Source: an uncultured Acidobacteriota bacterium (lineage in GTDB: Bacteria; Acidobacteriota; Polarisedimenticolia; J045). From it: a stretch of DNA of 64,000 nucleotides. The DNA lies in the NCBI GenBank assembly GCA_963702425.1, contig CAVPCQ010000010.1, positions 32,001 to 96,000 of the forward strand, in the 5' to 3' direction. The translations under genes were made by a program, and so were the position numbers. This document shows positions 50,901-59,498 of the stretch, piece by piece (within the stretch, counting starts at the first letter, position 1; the number at the start of each line of letters is the position of its first letter). The notes under the pieces were generated by a model, which ran no database searches, had not been told where the DNA came from, and saw nothing but the letters and a program-made list of their open reading frames with translations.

Positions 50901-51591
50901 CGACTTCATGCGGGAGCGCCTCGGGGTCGCGAGCGTGATCGAGGACACCAGGCGAACCACGGTGACCGGGCGAGGATCGGTCTTCGGCGGGCTGGGACCA
51001 TTTACGCTCCAGGCTTCAAGCCCCGATTGGTCGGACGCCGTGTCGCCGGACGCTACGGCCGAGATCGCCTTCTCGGGCGACGGGCAGAAGGCCGGCATCG
51101 ACAAGCAGGGCAGCTACTACCGCACCAGCTTCCTGGGCTACGGGCTCGAGCGCCTGTCCGCGACCGACCGTCCCGCCGTGATGCGGCGGTTCCTGCAGTG
51201 GTGTGACGGCTTGACGGCCCTCGACGGCGACGGCGACGGGGTGGCGAACGGGACGGACTGCGTGCCCGGCGACGCCTCGGCGTGGGGCGTTCCGGGACCG
51301 GTGACCGACCTGGCGTTGAGCAGGGACGCGATCGGCTTCCGCTGGTCGCAGCCAGTCGGAGACGGCGGCGCGGTCTACGACCTGCTGCGCAGCGGGAGCC
51401 CGGCCGATTTCTGGAATGCGTCGTGCGTTGCGTCGGGCCTGTCGGAGACGTCGGTGCCCGCGTCGTGGGACACGGATCCGGCGCCCGGTGCGGCGACCTT
51501 CTACCTCGTCAGGGTACGCAGCGACTGCGGCACTGCGCCGATGGGAAGCGCGTCCGACGGGACGCCGCGGCAGGGAACTGCCTGCCAGTGA
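47905..51591 (+). CDS. Secreted S8 subtilase (KP-43-like) with FN3-type modules, a DGDGDG motif and terminal FN3-like domain
   Basis: GGAGG RBS; IVDEG, HGSHVAG, NNSWG, GTSMAAP, PSPALIKAAL, QGWGR, LAWTD...NDLDL. Confidence 0.92.
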   Translation: MRGRVRLFAALAAFLGAALPVAAAGGPGEPARDDHTLRLAEFAFDPLLQEPALPPGWDRSLTAGPDLQLVQFDGPIPADASARLNAAGLAPVRYVYPNTYIVWGQGADRDALRGQPRIRWTGEFVPAYRVRAALRDRSKDLLDVRVLIYRGAGADAVIAALSKLGLPTGSRTVVDDTLEIAGFRIPGSLMRFAAAVPGVYSIQPLNSDWASRAELSSQINVANLDPETGFPIPGYRNWLAAVGLDGAGVNVAIVDEGVDQSHPDLAAGRLPCTGITCTDAPSTHGSHVAGVVTGDGISGALDANGFLRGLGVAPGTRYLEQEFVLFRFLPAGVTQLIRDSGRNGATISNNSWGTSTTAEGYDADTLLIDAGVRDVDPARPGNQELFYVQAIDNGNGGISSQGTPDEAKNVFVVGSTRASDLSGNPIDTFDDLSANTAHGPALDGRTIPHLVAPGCHVDSTIPDFGGGYGFQLICGTSMAAPQISGAAALFTQHYRRLPDTASDPSPALIKAALLAVGRDLQGQLDADGTTLGHRPDSKQGWGRLDLRALVQPPPGSVIYYDQERVFVETGEEDWLREVVPADPGEPMRVMLAWTDAPGHGLGGSTPAWNNDLDLLVEMGGSTYRGNFFGVDGWSATGGSADLRNNAEGVFLPVPAGRVTIRVRPSNINSDGVPNFGDRLDQDFALVCVNCAYAEGFDLEPAPVTRGVCAPQSAVYEVNVASHAGYAKPVTLSLAGVPAGASAGFDVNPVVSGGKSVLTVAPGAVADGKYKLTLTGIAAEASRVQPLYLEVRRAAPAGAAPSVPVNGAVNVALQPVLEWTAATSTVSYVVELSTDPTFRTIFYSAVSESTLHKVGVTLAEATLYHWRVRARNVCGFGAFSASSSFTTRDVPPVLLVDDDWDLNGDFQAEYRAALDALPLAPYFYPVSYDVWDVHAVHQQQEPDAADLAAYEKVIWWSAKEDYYAGPEYFGELELSTWFVRRGGCLMLSSADYVLSRRGVSDFMRERLGVASVIEDTRRTTVTGRGSVFGGLGPFTLQASSPDWSDAVSPDATAEIAFSGDGQKAGIDKQGSYYRTSFLGYGLERLSATDRPAVMRRFLQWCDGLTALDGDGDGVANGTDCVPGDASAWGVPGPVTDLALSRDAIGFRWSQPVGDGGAVYDLLRSGSPADFWNASCVASGLSETSVPASWDTDPAPGAATFYLVRVRSDCGTAPMGSASDGTPRQGTACQ

Positions 51592-51631
51592 GGAAACGAC
51601 AATGACATCCGCTTCGGAACGGAGGCCGGTC

Positions 51632-54600
51632 ATGAAAGCAGCCCTCGTCGCGGGACTCGCGATCCTGGTTTTCGGCGCCACGCTGGCAGCCCCTCCGGGC
51701 GGCACCGTCCGGCTGCGGTCCGGCGCCATCGACGGCAGCCGCGCGGGAACCTCCGCAACGTCCGCCGCGCCGAGTGAGCTGGGCCGCTGGGTCGTGCGCT
51801 TCCAACGGCCCGTGGGCTGGCCGGAGCGGGGAGCGCTCGAGACGGCCGGCGCCCGCATCGTAGCGCCGCTGCCGGGCCAGGCTTTCCTGGTCAGCGTGCC
51901 GCCCGCCCGCGCCGCTGCGCTCGCCCGCATCGCGGGCGTGGAGTGGGCCGTGCCGTACCTCCCGCAGGACAAGCTCGCGCCGGAGATCGAGCAGCTCGCG
52001 GGGGCCGGGAAGGGGAGCGCGGACCTGGCGGTGGTCGTTCACCTGTTCCCCGACGCGGATCCCCACCAGGTGGCGGCCGAGTTGGGGTCCTCGGGACTGC
52101 GGGTCGCGAGTGCCGCGCGTGGCGGACGCTTCGGTCGCATCATGCTGCTCGCGACGCCGGAGGAACTCCGGGGGCCCGTCACCGCGCTGGCCGAGCGGAA
52201 CGACGTCTTCTGGATCGGTCAGAGGTACCGCCGCACGCTCGCCAACGACACCTCGATCTGGGTCGGCCAGTCCGGTCTCAACGCCGGCATGACGACGCCG
52301 GTTTTCGACCACGGGATCTACGGCGCCGGGCAGGTGGCCGCGGTGCTCGACACCGGTCTCGACGCCGACATGTGCTACTTCCGCGACGGCGCGCTCGGAT
52401 TGCCGCTCACCAACATCGGAGGCGGCACCGCTGTCGATCCGAATCACCGGAAGGTGCTCGCGGTCGACTTCCTCTGGACGGCCGACGACCCGGCGAACCC
52501 CGCCGCCTGGGACAACCAGGGGCACGGGACCCACGTCGCGGGCACGCTGGCCGGGGACAACCTGGCCAATCCGGTCCTCCACGACACCGGCGACGGCATG
52601 GCGCCGGCGGCCAAGCTGGTGATTCAGGACGCCGGCTACGCTGCCGACGCCTGCGGCGACCTCCCCGGCATCGGCTGCCCGGTCACCGACCTCAACCCGG
52701 TCTTCCAGCAGGCCTACGCGCAGGGGGCGCGCGTCCACTCGAATTCCTGGAACGACAACGAAAACGGAGCGATCCAGAACAACTACACGGACGCCTCGGT
52801 CGACGTCGACGAGTTCATGTGGAGCCACCCCGACTTCCTGATCGTCTTCGCCTGCGGCAACCACGCTCTGGGCGGCACGGGGACGATCGGCAGCCCCTCG
52901 ACCGCCAAGAACGGGATGGCGACCGGCGGGACGTACAACGGCCAGGCCGCGATCTACCTGTCCGACATCTCGGCCTGGGGGCCGACCGACGACGGCCGGA
53001 TCAAGCCGGACGTCGTCTTCCCGGGCGCCAGCATCCAGTCCGCCCTCAACGACAAGAACGTCACGACCAGCAATTGCGGCACCGGGGGCTCGACGGGCAC
53101 CTCGATGACCGCCCCCGGTGTCTCGGGAATGGCGCTCCTGACGCGCGAATACTTCATGAACGGCTGGTACCCGACCGGAGCCCCGGTTCCGGCCAACGGC
53201 TTCACCCCGTCGGCGGCGCTGCTCAAGGCGATGCTGGTCAACTCCGCGGTGCCGATCCCCTTCGACGCGGAGGGGCGCCCGATCACGATCCCCGGGAACG
53301 AGCAGGGTTGGGGCCGTGTGCTGCTGGACAACGCCCTCCACTTCGCGGGCGACAAGCGCGGGCTGTGGGTCGCCGACGACGCCGGGGACTTCACCGCGCC
53401 CGGCGACGCCCCGGTGGTCTTCCAACTCCAGATGGAGGACACCGGCGAGCCGCTGAAGGTGACGCTCGCGTGGACCGACTACCCGTCGACGCCCGCCGCG
53501 GCGACGCACCTGCTCAACGACCTCGACCTGCGCGTGGACGGCCCGAACGGCGGCTTCTGGGGCAACCAGTTCTTTCAGGGCGTGTCGGTGGACGGCGGCT
53601 CCGCCGACCGGCTGAACAACCTCGAGCAAGTGCTGATCCCGAACGCGCGGCCGGGCATTTACTCGATTCAGATCCAGCCGCACGCGATCCCGGCCGGCCC
53701 GCAGTCGTTCGCGCTCGTCGTGACGGGGGGACGCTTCACCGTCACGTCGGGCCCGAGGCCCGCGTACTGGTCACACGTCATCGACGACGCCGCGCCGCGC
53801 GGCAACGGTGACGGCATCCTCGACCCGGGCGAGTCGGCACGGATCCCGATCACCCTGCGCAACGCGGGCGACGCGGTCGCGACCTCGGTCGTGGGTGCGC
53901 TCTACTCGGCCTATCCGGGGCTGCTCAAGGTATACGACGGCTCCGCGTCCTATCCCGACATGGCGGTGGGGGCGCAGGGTGTCTCGGCGGCCCCGCACTA
54001 CGACGTGACACTCGAGCCCTCGGCCGCCTGTGGCCAGATCCTTGGCGGGACCATGGACATCACCGGGAACGGGTTCGCCGTCGGCAGCGCGATGACGATC
54101 GACATCGGGGTCTACGGGAAGAACTACCTATCCACCGACACCCCCGTCAACATCCCGCGATCCACCGGCTCTTCGGGGGTCTCGTCCTACATCAACGTCC
54201 CGGTCACGTTCCCGCTGACCGAGGCGGACGTCACCGTCAACATCGCTCACCCGAACATCGCGGACCTCGAGGTCATCCTGTACCGGCCCGGGACCAACCC
54301 GCCGGTCTACCTGCACAACAATACCCGCCCCGGGGTCTCGGGGATTCATACGACCTACGACGAGCAGACCGCTCCCGACGGCCCGGGAAGCCTCGACGAC
54401 TTCGTCGGCGGCGAGCCCCAGGGCAACTGGCGGCTGAAGATCACCAACTCCGGAACCCAGACGGGCACGCTGCAAAACTGGACGCTGCGCCTGAAGAGCA
54501 ACATCCCCTTCAACTGCAAGCCGATCGGCTGCGCGCAGGGGGTGCCTGCGGCCGTGGGGAACACGCTGACCGTGGCCAAGTCGGGCGCCGCGGACGTGCG

Positions 54601-54793
54601 GCTGAACTGGACCGGCGTCGGCTCCGCGAACTACAACGTCTGGCGCTCGACCGACGCGCAGTTCGGCGCGGCCGCCTTCGTCGGCGCGTCCGGCGGCGCG
54701 ACCACGCTGCTCGACGTCGGAGCGCAATCGCTGCCCGGCATGCACTACTACCTCGTGCGCTCGGTCAACTCGTGCCGGTGGGAGAGCCCCTGA
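51632..54793 (+). CDS. Secreted S8 subtilase (KP-43-like) with P-domain and terminal FN3-like domain (alternative start 51602)
   Basis: VLDTG, HGTHVAG, HSNSW, GRIKPD, GTSMTAP, PSAALLKAML, QGWGR; P-domain GNWRLKI. Confidence 0.93.
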   Translation: MKAALVAGLAILVFGATLAAPPGGTVRLRSGAIDGSRAGTSATSAAPSELGRWVVRFQRPVGWPERGALETAGARIVAPLPGQAFLVSVPPARAAALARIAGVEWAVPYLPQDKLAPEIEQLAGAGKGSADLAVVVHLFPDADPHQVAAELGSSGLRVASAARGGRFGRIMLLATPEELRGPVTALAERNDVFWIGQRYRRTLANDTSIWVGQSGLNAGMTTPVFDHGIYGAGQVAAVLDTGLDADMCYFRDGALGLPLTNIGGGTAVDPNHRKVLAVDFLWTADDPANPAAWDNQGHGTHVAGTLAGDNLANPVLHDTGDGMAPAAKLVIQDAGYAADACGDLPGIGCPVTDLNPVFQQAYAQGARVHSNSWNDNENGAIQNNYTDASVDVDEFMWSHPDFLIVFACGNHALGGTGTIGSPSTAKNGMATGGTYNGQAAIYLSDISAWGPTDDGRIKPDVVFPGASIQSALNDKNVTTSNCGTGGSTGTSMTAPGVSGMALLTREYFMNGWYPTGAPVPANGFTPSAALLKAMLVNSAVPIPFDAEGRPITIPGNEQGWGRVLLDNALHFAGDKRGLWVADDAGDFTAPGDAPVVFQLQMEDTGEPLKVTLAWTDYPSTPAAATHLLNDLDLRVDGPNGGFWGNQFFQGVSVDGGSADRLNNLEQVLIPNARPGIYSIQIQPHAIPAGPQSFALVVTGGRFTVTSGPRPAYWSHVIDDAAPRGNGDGILDPGESARIPITLRNAGDAVATSVVGALYSAYPGLLKVYDGSASYPDMAVGAQGVSAAPHYDVTLEPSAACGQILGGTMDITGNGFAVGSAMTIDIGVYGKNYLSTDTPVNIPRSTGSSGVSSYINVPVTFPLTEADVTVNIAHPNIADLEVILYRPGTNPPVYLHNNTRPGVSGIHTTYDEQTAPDGPGSLDDFVGGEPQGNWRLKITNSGTQTGTLQNWTLRLKSNIPFNCKPIGCAQGVPAAVGNTLTVAKSGAADVRLNWTGVGSANYNVWRSTDAQFGAAAFVGASGGATTLLDVGAQSLPGMHYYLVRSVNSCRWESP

Positions 54794-54902
54794 CTCTCCC
54801 GTAGCGGACCGAACGAGGTCCTGCCGCGGGTCTCCGCGTCAGAGCGGGGCCCCCGGCCCAGGTGATATTCTGCCCGGCCTCGTTCGCACGAAGGAGCCCG
54901 CC

Positions 54903-55949
54903 ATGTCCACCCGAGCCTTTGCCGCCCAGACCGCCACGTCGCCCCTCGGACCGTTCTCGATCACCCGCCGCGAGCCGCTGCCGCGCGACGTCGAGATCGA
55001 CATCCTGTTCTGCGGGGTGTGCCACTCGGATCTGCACTACGCCCGCAACGAGTGGGGATTCACCAGCTACCCGCTGGTGCCGGGGCACGAAATCCTCGGG
55101 CGGGTGACGCGCGTGGGCGCGGGAGTGACCCGCTTCGCGGTCGGCGACCTGGCGGCAGTCGGGTGCCTGGTCGATTCCTGTCGGACCTGTACCAGCTGCG
55201 CGCGCGGGCTCGAGCAGTTCTGCCTGGGCGGCCCCGTGTTCACGTACAGCGGGCCTGACAAGCACTCCGGGGGGATGACGTTCGGCGGCTACTCGGAGAA
55301 GATCGTGGTGGACGAGGCGTTCACGCTGAAGGTCCCACGCAACCTCGATCCGGCGCGGGCCGCGCCGCTCCTCTGCGCCGGGATCACGACCTACTCGCCG
55401 CTGCGCAAGTGGGGGGCGGGGAAGGGGAAGAAGGTCGGGATCGTCGGGCTCGGTGGCCTGGGGCACATGGGCGTGAAGTTCGCCCGGGCCTTCGGCGCGC
55501 ACACCGTGCTCTTCACCACGACCGAGGGGAAGATCGCCGACGGCAAGCGCCTGGGCGCCGACGAAGTGGTGATCTCGAAGAACGCCGAGCAGATGGCCGC
55601 GCACGCTGGCAGCTTCGACATGATCCTCGACACCGTCTCGGCCGATCACGACGTGAACGCGTACCTGGGACTCCTGAAGCTCGATGCCACGATGGTGATG
55701 GTCGGCGCCCCACCCGACCCGCAGCGCCTGACCGTCCTCAACCTGCTCCTGCCGCGCCGCCAGCTGGCCGGCTCGCTGATCGGTGGGATCGCCGAGACCC
55801 AGGAGATGCTCGACTTCTGCGGCGTGCACGGCGTGGTGTGCGACATCGAGCTGATCGGCATGCAGCAGATCAACGAGGCCTACGAGCGGATGCTCAAGAG
55901 CGACGTGAAGTACCGCTTCGTGATCGACATGGCGACGCTGAAGGCGTGA
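54903..55949 (+). CDS. Zn-dependent NAD(P) alcohol/aldehyde reductase (CAD/YahK family)
   Basis: CGVCHSD, PGHE, four-Cys structural Zn site, LLCAGITTYSPL, GLGGLG, YRFVID. Confidence 0.95.
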   Translation: MSTRAFAAQTATSPLGPFSITRREPLPRDVEIDILFCGVCHSDLHYARNEWGFTSYPLVPGHEILGRVTRVGAGVTRFAVGDLAAVGCLVDSCRTCTSCARGLEQFCLGGPVFTYSGPDKHSGGMTFGGYSEKIVVDEAFTLKVPRNLDPARAAPLLCAGITTYSPLRKWGAGKGKKVGIVGLGGLGHMGVKFARAFGAHTVLFTTTEGKIADGKRLGADEVVISKNAEQMAAHAGSFDMILDTVSADHDVNAYLGLLKLDATMVMVGAPPDPQRLTVLNLLLPRRQLAGSLIGGIAETQEMLDFCGVHGVVCDIELIGMQQINEAYERMLKSDVKYRFVIDMATLKA

Positions 55950-55987
55950 GGCCGGGTCCCGATTCGGGCAGGGCGCGGGGAGGCTCC

Positions 55988-56422
55988 ATGATCCGTACCC
56001 GCGCGATGCGAGCCGACGATGCCGCACCCGTCGCCGCGCTCTCGGAGCAGCTCGGCTACCCTTCCACGGAGAGCGACGTGCGCCGCCGGTTCGCAGGGAT
56101 CGAGGGGAGCGCGGATGCCGCTGCGTTCGTCGCCGAGTCGAGTGAGGGGCAGATCCTGGGCTGGGTGCACGTCTTCGTGGCGCGGCTCGTCGAGTCGGAT
56201 CCGTACGTCGAGGTGGGAGGCCTGGTCGTCGCCGAGCGATCGCGAGGGCGCGGTGTCGGGCGGGCCCTGATGACTGCGGCCGAGGAGTGGACGGTCGCGT
56301 CTGGCTGCACGACGATCCGCCTGCGGTCGAACGTCCTTCGTGACGACGCACATCTTTTCTACGGGCATCTCGGCTACGAGCGGATCAAGACGCAGCATGC
56401 GTTCCGAAAGCGCGTCCGGTAG
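55988..56422 (+). CDS. GNAT family N-acetyltransferase
   Basis: GGAGG RBS; LVV..RSRGRGVGRALM, AHLFY..LGY. Confidence 0.9.
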   Translation: MIRTRAMRADDAAPVAALSEQLGYPSTESDVRRRFAGIEGSADAAAFVAESSEGQILGWVHVFVARLVESDPYVEVGGLVVAERSRGRGVGRALMTAAEEWTVASGCTTIRLRSNVLRDDAHLFYGHLGYERIKTQHAFRKRVR

Positions 56423-56502
56423 CGACCGACGAAGGCGAGAGCGCCCCGGTGGTCTTCCCAGGCCGGAGCGCTCACGGGCCGATTCCGGTCAGTCGGATCA
56501 GA

Positions 56503-56820
56503 TCAGGGCCACCAGGTGACGCCCTTGTCGTCCTTCTTCGTGCCCGTGCACGGCGCGTTGGTGATCCTGCCCTTGTCGTCGTACTTGCAGTCCTTGTACT
56601 TCTTGGCGGCCATGCCGGGCTCGGGCGTGATGACGGCGCCCGTGCCGACCTGCCGGAACACGCGCGGCTTCGCGGGAGTGCCCGCCGCCTTGGGATCGGC
56701 AGTGGCTTTTCCCGAGGCCGAGGCCGCTCCGGTCGGTGCGGGGTCCTTGGCGTAGCTGGCGGCCGCGAGCAGCGCGGCCAGCGCGAGTGCGACGATGAGC
56801 CTGGGGGCGAGCTTCTTCAT
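56503..56820 (-). CDS. Small secreted hypothetical protein
   Basis: GGAGG RBS; MKKLAPRLIVALALAALLAAASYA signal peptide; two Cys; ends VTWWP. Confidence 0.7.
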   Translation of the reverse strand: MKKLAPRLIVALALAALLAAASYAKDPAPTGAASASGKATADPKAAGTPAKPRVFRQVGTGAVITPEPGMAAKKYKDCKYDDKGRITNAPCTGTKKDDKGVTWWP

Positions 56821-56999
56821 CGGCTTCCTCCTGTCGGCAGCTGGCGTGAGGCCCACTAAATGCGAACCATTACCAGTTGCGTACCCGGAAGGTAGGTTCG
56901 GAAGCGATCGCCTGCCAACCGTCCCACCCCGCTGCCGGCTTACCACTCGGTCAGGCCGGCCCCGCAGTGGAGTGCCCCGGTCTGCACGGTGCCGGCCGC

Positions 57000-59399
57000 T
57001 CACTCCGCCATGACGCCCCGTCCCCTGATCTCGTCGAGTTCCCGCTGCTCGGCGGGAGTGAGCGTCTCTTCGCCGATCCTCACGACGACCTTGTTGATCG
57101 TGCCGCTGAACTTGAACGGGACCCGGTACTCCTCGCTGACGGGCGTGCCGGTGTCTTCGCCCGCATCGAAGGTCTCGTCGAGCGACATGCGGAAGGCGAG
57201 GGACCGGCCGAGCTTGCCTTCGGCGGCCTTCGCGCCGTCCACGGTCAACGTGGCCGTGCCGCCCTTGCCGAGGCCCGGGCCGTCGTACTTGAAATCGAGC
57301 ACGACGGCGTGCCTGCCGGGCGTGAGCTTGTCCCTGCCCCTGACGAAGTACCGTTCGACGCCGGCGAGGTTGTAACAGAAGACGGGCCTGCCATCGAGCA
57401 CGTAGAGCCCCCAGCCCGCGAATCGCCCACCCTGGGTGATCAGCATGCCGCTCGCACCGCTGGCTGGAACCTCCACGCTCGCGGTGATCTGGTACGATTT
57501 GTTCTTCATGTCCGGCGCCGCACCTTCGGGAATGCGCACCTGGCCCGGGTAGTAGCTGAACACTGATCGTCCCCGCGTCAGGCTGGGGCGGTTGGTCGTG
57601 TCGAGACGCTCGACCTTGCTGTTGTCCAGCGGGAGGACGCTGTACTTGGCCGCTTCCACCCAGAACAGGTCCTGCAGTTCGCGGAGCCTGGCCGGCTCCT
57701 TGTCGACGAGGTTGTTGGCTTCGCTGAAGTCGTCGGTGACGCGGTAGAGTTCCCACTTGTAGTCGGAGATACCGACGCTTCCGGTAACGGAAGCCCACGG
57801 CGGCGTCGGAGGTGTCGTGGCGGCGACCCAGCCGTCGTTGTAGATCGCGCGGTTGCCGAGCATCTCGAAGTACTGGGTGCGGTGACGCGACGGGGCCTTC
57901 GCGTCCCCGAACGAATAGGCCATGCTCACGCCTTCCACGGGCTTCTGCGGAACCCCGTTGAGCACGGAGGGCGACTGCACGCCGACGGCTTCGAGGATGG
58001 TCGGGTAGATGTCGATGACGTGGTGAAACTGGGTACGGATGCCGCCCTTGTCCTTGATGCGAGCGGGCCAGGAGATGACGAGCCCGTTGCGCGTGCCCCC
58101 GAAGTGCGAGGCGATCTGCTTGGTCCACTGGAACGGCGTGTCCATCGCGTGCGCCCAGCCGATCGGGTAGTGGTTGAAGGTGTCCGGCCCGCCGAGTTCG
58201 TCCATGCGGCGCAGCACTTCCTTGAAGTCCTCGGGAATGTTGTTGAAGAACGTCATCTCGTTGAGCAGGCCGTTCTGGCCGCCTTCGGCGCTGGCTCCGT
58301 TGTCGCCCTGGATGTAGATGACGAGCGTGTTGTCCAGCTCGCCCAGCTCGTCGATCGCGTCGAGGACGCGGCCCATCTGGTAATCGGCGTGCGACAACGC
58401 GGCGGCGTAGACTTCCATCATGTGCGCCGCCACCTTCCTGTGGTCGGCATCGAGGGAATCCCAGGCGGGGATGCCCGGCGAGCGCTCGGTCAGCCGGGTG
58501 TCGGCAGGAACCAGCCCCAGCGCCTTCTGCCGCGCCAGCGTTTCCTCGCGCACCTTGTCCCATCCCTGGTCGAACCGGCCCTTGTACTTCGCGATCCACT
58601 CTTTCGGGGCGTGGTGCGGCGCGTGGGCGGTCCCGGTGGCGTAGTACTGGAGCCACGGCTTCTGCGGGGCGACCGAGTGCAACATTCGGATCCGCTCGAT
58701 GCAGTGGTCGGCCATGTCCGTGTCGAAGAAGTAGTCCTTGGCGTCGTGCGGCGGCTCGATGGGCTTGATCCCCTCGATGATGGCCGGGTTCCACTGGCTC
58801 GTGTCGCCGCCGATGAAGCCGTAGAAGTACTCGAACCCGAGTCCCGTCGGCCACAGGTCGAACGGCCCGGCCTGGCTGCCGTGCCAGTCGGGAACGTTGT
58901 GGTTCTTGCCGTACCAGGCGGTGTTGTAGCCGTTCTGCTTCAGGACCTCCGCGAAGGTCCCCGAGCTCTTGGGCATCAGCGTGTTGTAGCCGGGGAAGCC
59001 GGTGCCAGCTTCCATGATCACGCCGGTGGCGTTCGAATGATGGTTGCGTCCGGTGAGCAGCGCGGCGCGCGTGGGCGAGCAGAGCGCCGTGGTGTGGAAC
59101 TGCGTGTACCGCAGGCCGCTCGCCGCCAGCCGCTCGAACGTCGGGGTCGGAATCGGCCCGCCGAACGTGCTCGATGCGCCGAAGCCGACGTCGTCGGTCA
59201 GGATGATCAGAATGTTCGGGGCGCCCTTCGGGGCCTCGACTTCCTTCGGGAAATCCTTGACGGAATCCTGGGCCGTGAGCCCGATCCGGCCGCCGAAGGG
59301 CTGCTCCGGCCGCGGAAGAACCTCCTGGGCCACGGAAGGCAGCGTGCAGGCCGCGGCCAGGACAAGGCAGAGAATGGCAAGGATCGTCGGTCTCTTCAC
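57000..59399 (-). CDS. Arylsulfatase (formylglycine-dependent) with C-terminal LamG-like extension
   Basis: PNILIILTDDVG, LCSPTRAALLTGRN (CxPxR), YGKNH, GDNG; GTG start after GGAGG. Confidence 0.94.
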   Translation of the reverse strand: MKRPTILAILCLVLAAACTLPSVAQEVLPRPEQPFGGRIGLTAQDSVKDFPKEVEAPKGAPNILIILTDDVGFGASSTFGGPIPTPTFERLAASGLRYTQFHTTALCSPTRAALLTGRNHHSNATGVIMEAGTGFPGYNTLMPKSSGTFAEVLKQNGYNTAWYGKNHNVPDWHGSQAGPFDLWPTGLGFEYFYGFIGGDTSQWNPAIIEGIKPIEPPHDAKDYFFDTDMADHCIERIRMLHSVAPQKPWLQYYATGTAHAPHHAPKEWIAKYKGRFDQGWDKVREETLARQKALGLVPADTRLTERSPGIPAWDSLDADHRKVAAHMMEVYAAALSHADYQMGRVLDAIDELGELDNTLVIYIQGDNGASAEGGQNGLLNEMTFFNNIPEDFKEVLRRMDELGGPDTFNHYPIGWAHAMDTPFQWTKQIASHFGGTRNGLVISWPARIKDKGGIRTQFHHVIDIYPTILEAVGVQSPSVLNGVPQKPVEGVSMAYSFGDAKAPSRHRTQYFEMLGNRAIYNDGWVAATTPPTPPWASVTGSVGISDYKWELYRVTDDFSEANNLVDKEPARLRELQDLFWVEAAKYSVLPLDNSKVERLDTTNRPSLTRGRSVFSYYPGQVRIPEGAAPDMKNKSYQITASVEVPASGASGMLITQGGRFAGWGLYVLDGRPVFCYNLAGVERYFVRGRDKLTPGRHAVVLDFKYDGPGLGKGGTATLTVDGAKAAEGKLGRSLAFRMSLDETFDAGEDTGTPVSEEYRVPFKFSGTINKVVVRIGEETLTPAEQRELDEIRGRGVMAE

Positions 59400-59472
59400 G
59401 ATGGACCTCCTCGTTCCGGAGAGGCGCGAGTCTACATCGACTCGTCGAGCGTGGGAGTCGGAGGCTGCAGGA

Positions 59473-59498
59473 GGGCCGGCACGGAGGCCGGCCCCTAC
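59473..59498 (-). repeat. Single GTAG REP supplying the ABC permease stop codon
   Basis: Reverse complement is GTAGGGGCCGGCCTCCGTGCCGGCCC; stop TAG at 59497-59495. Confidence 0.9.
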
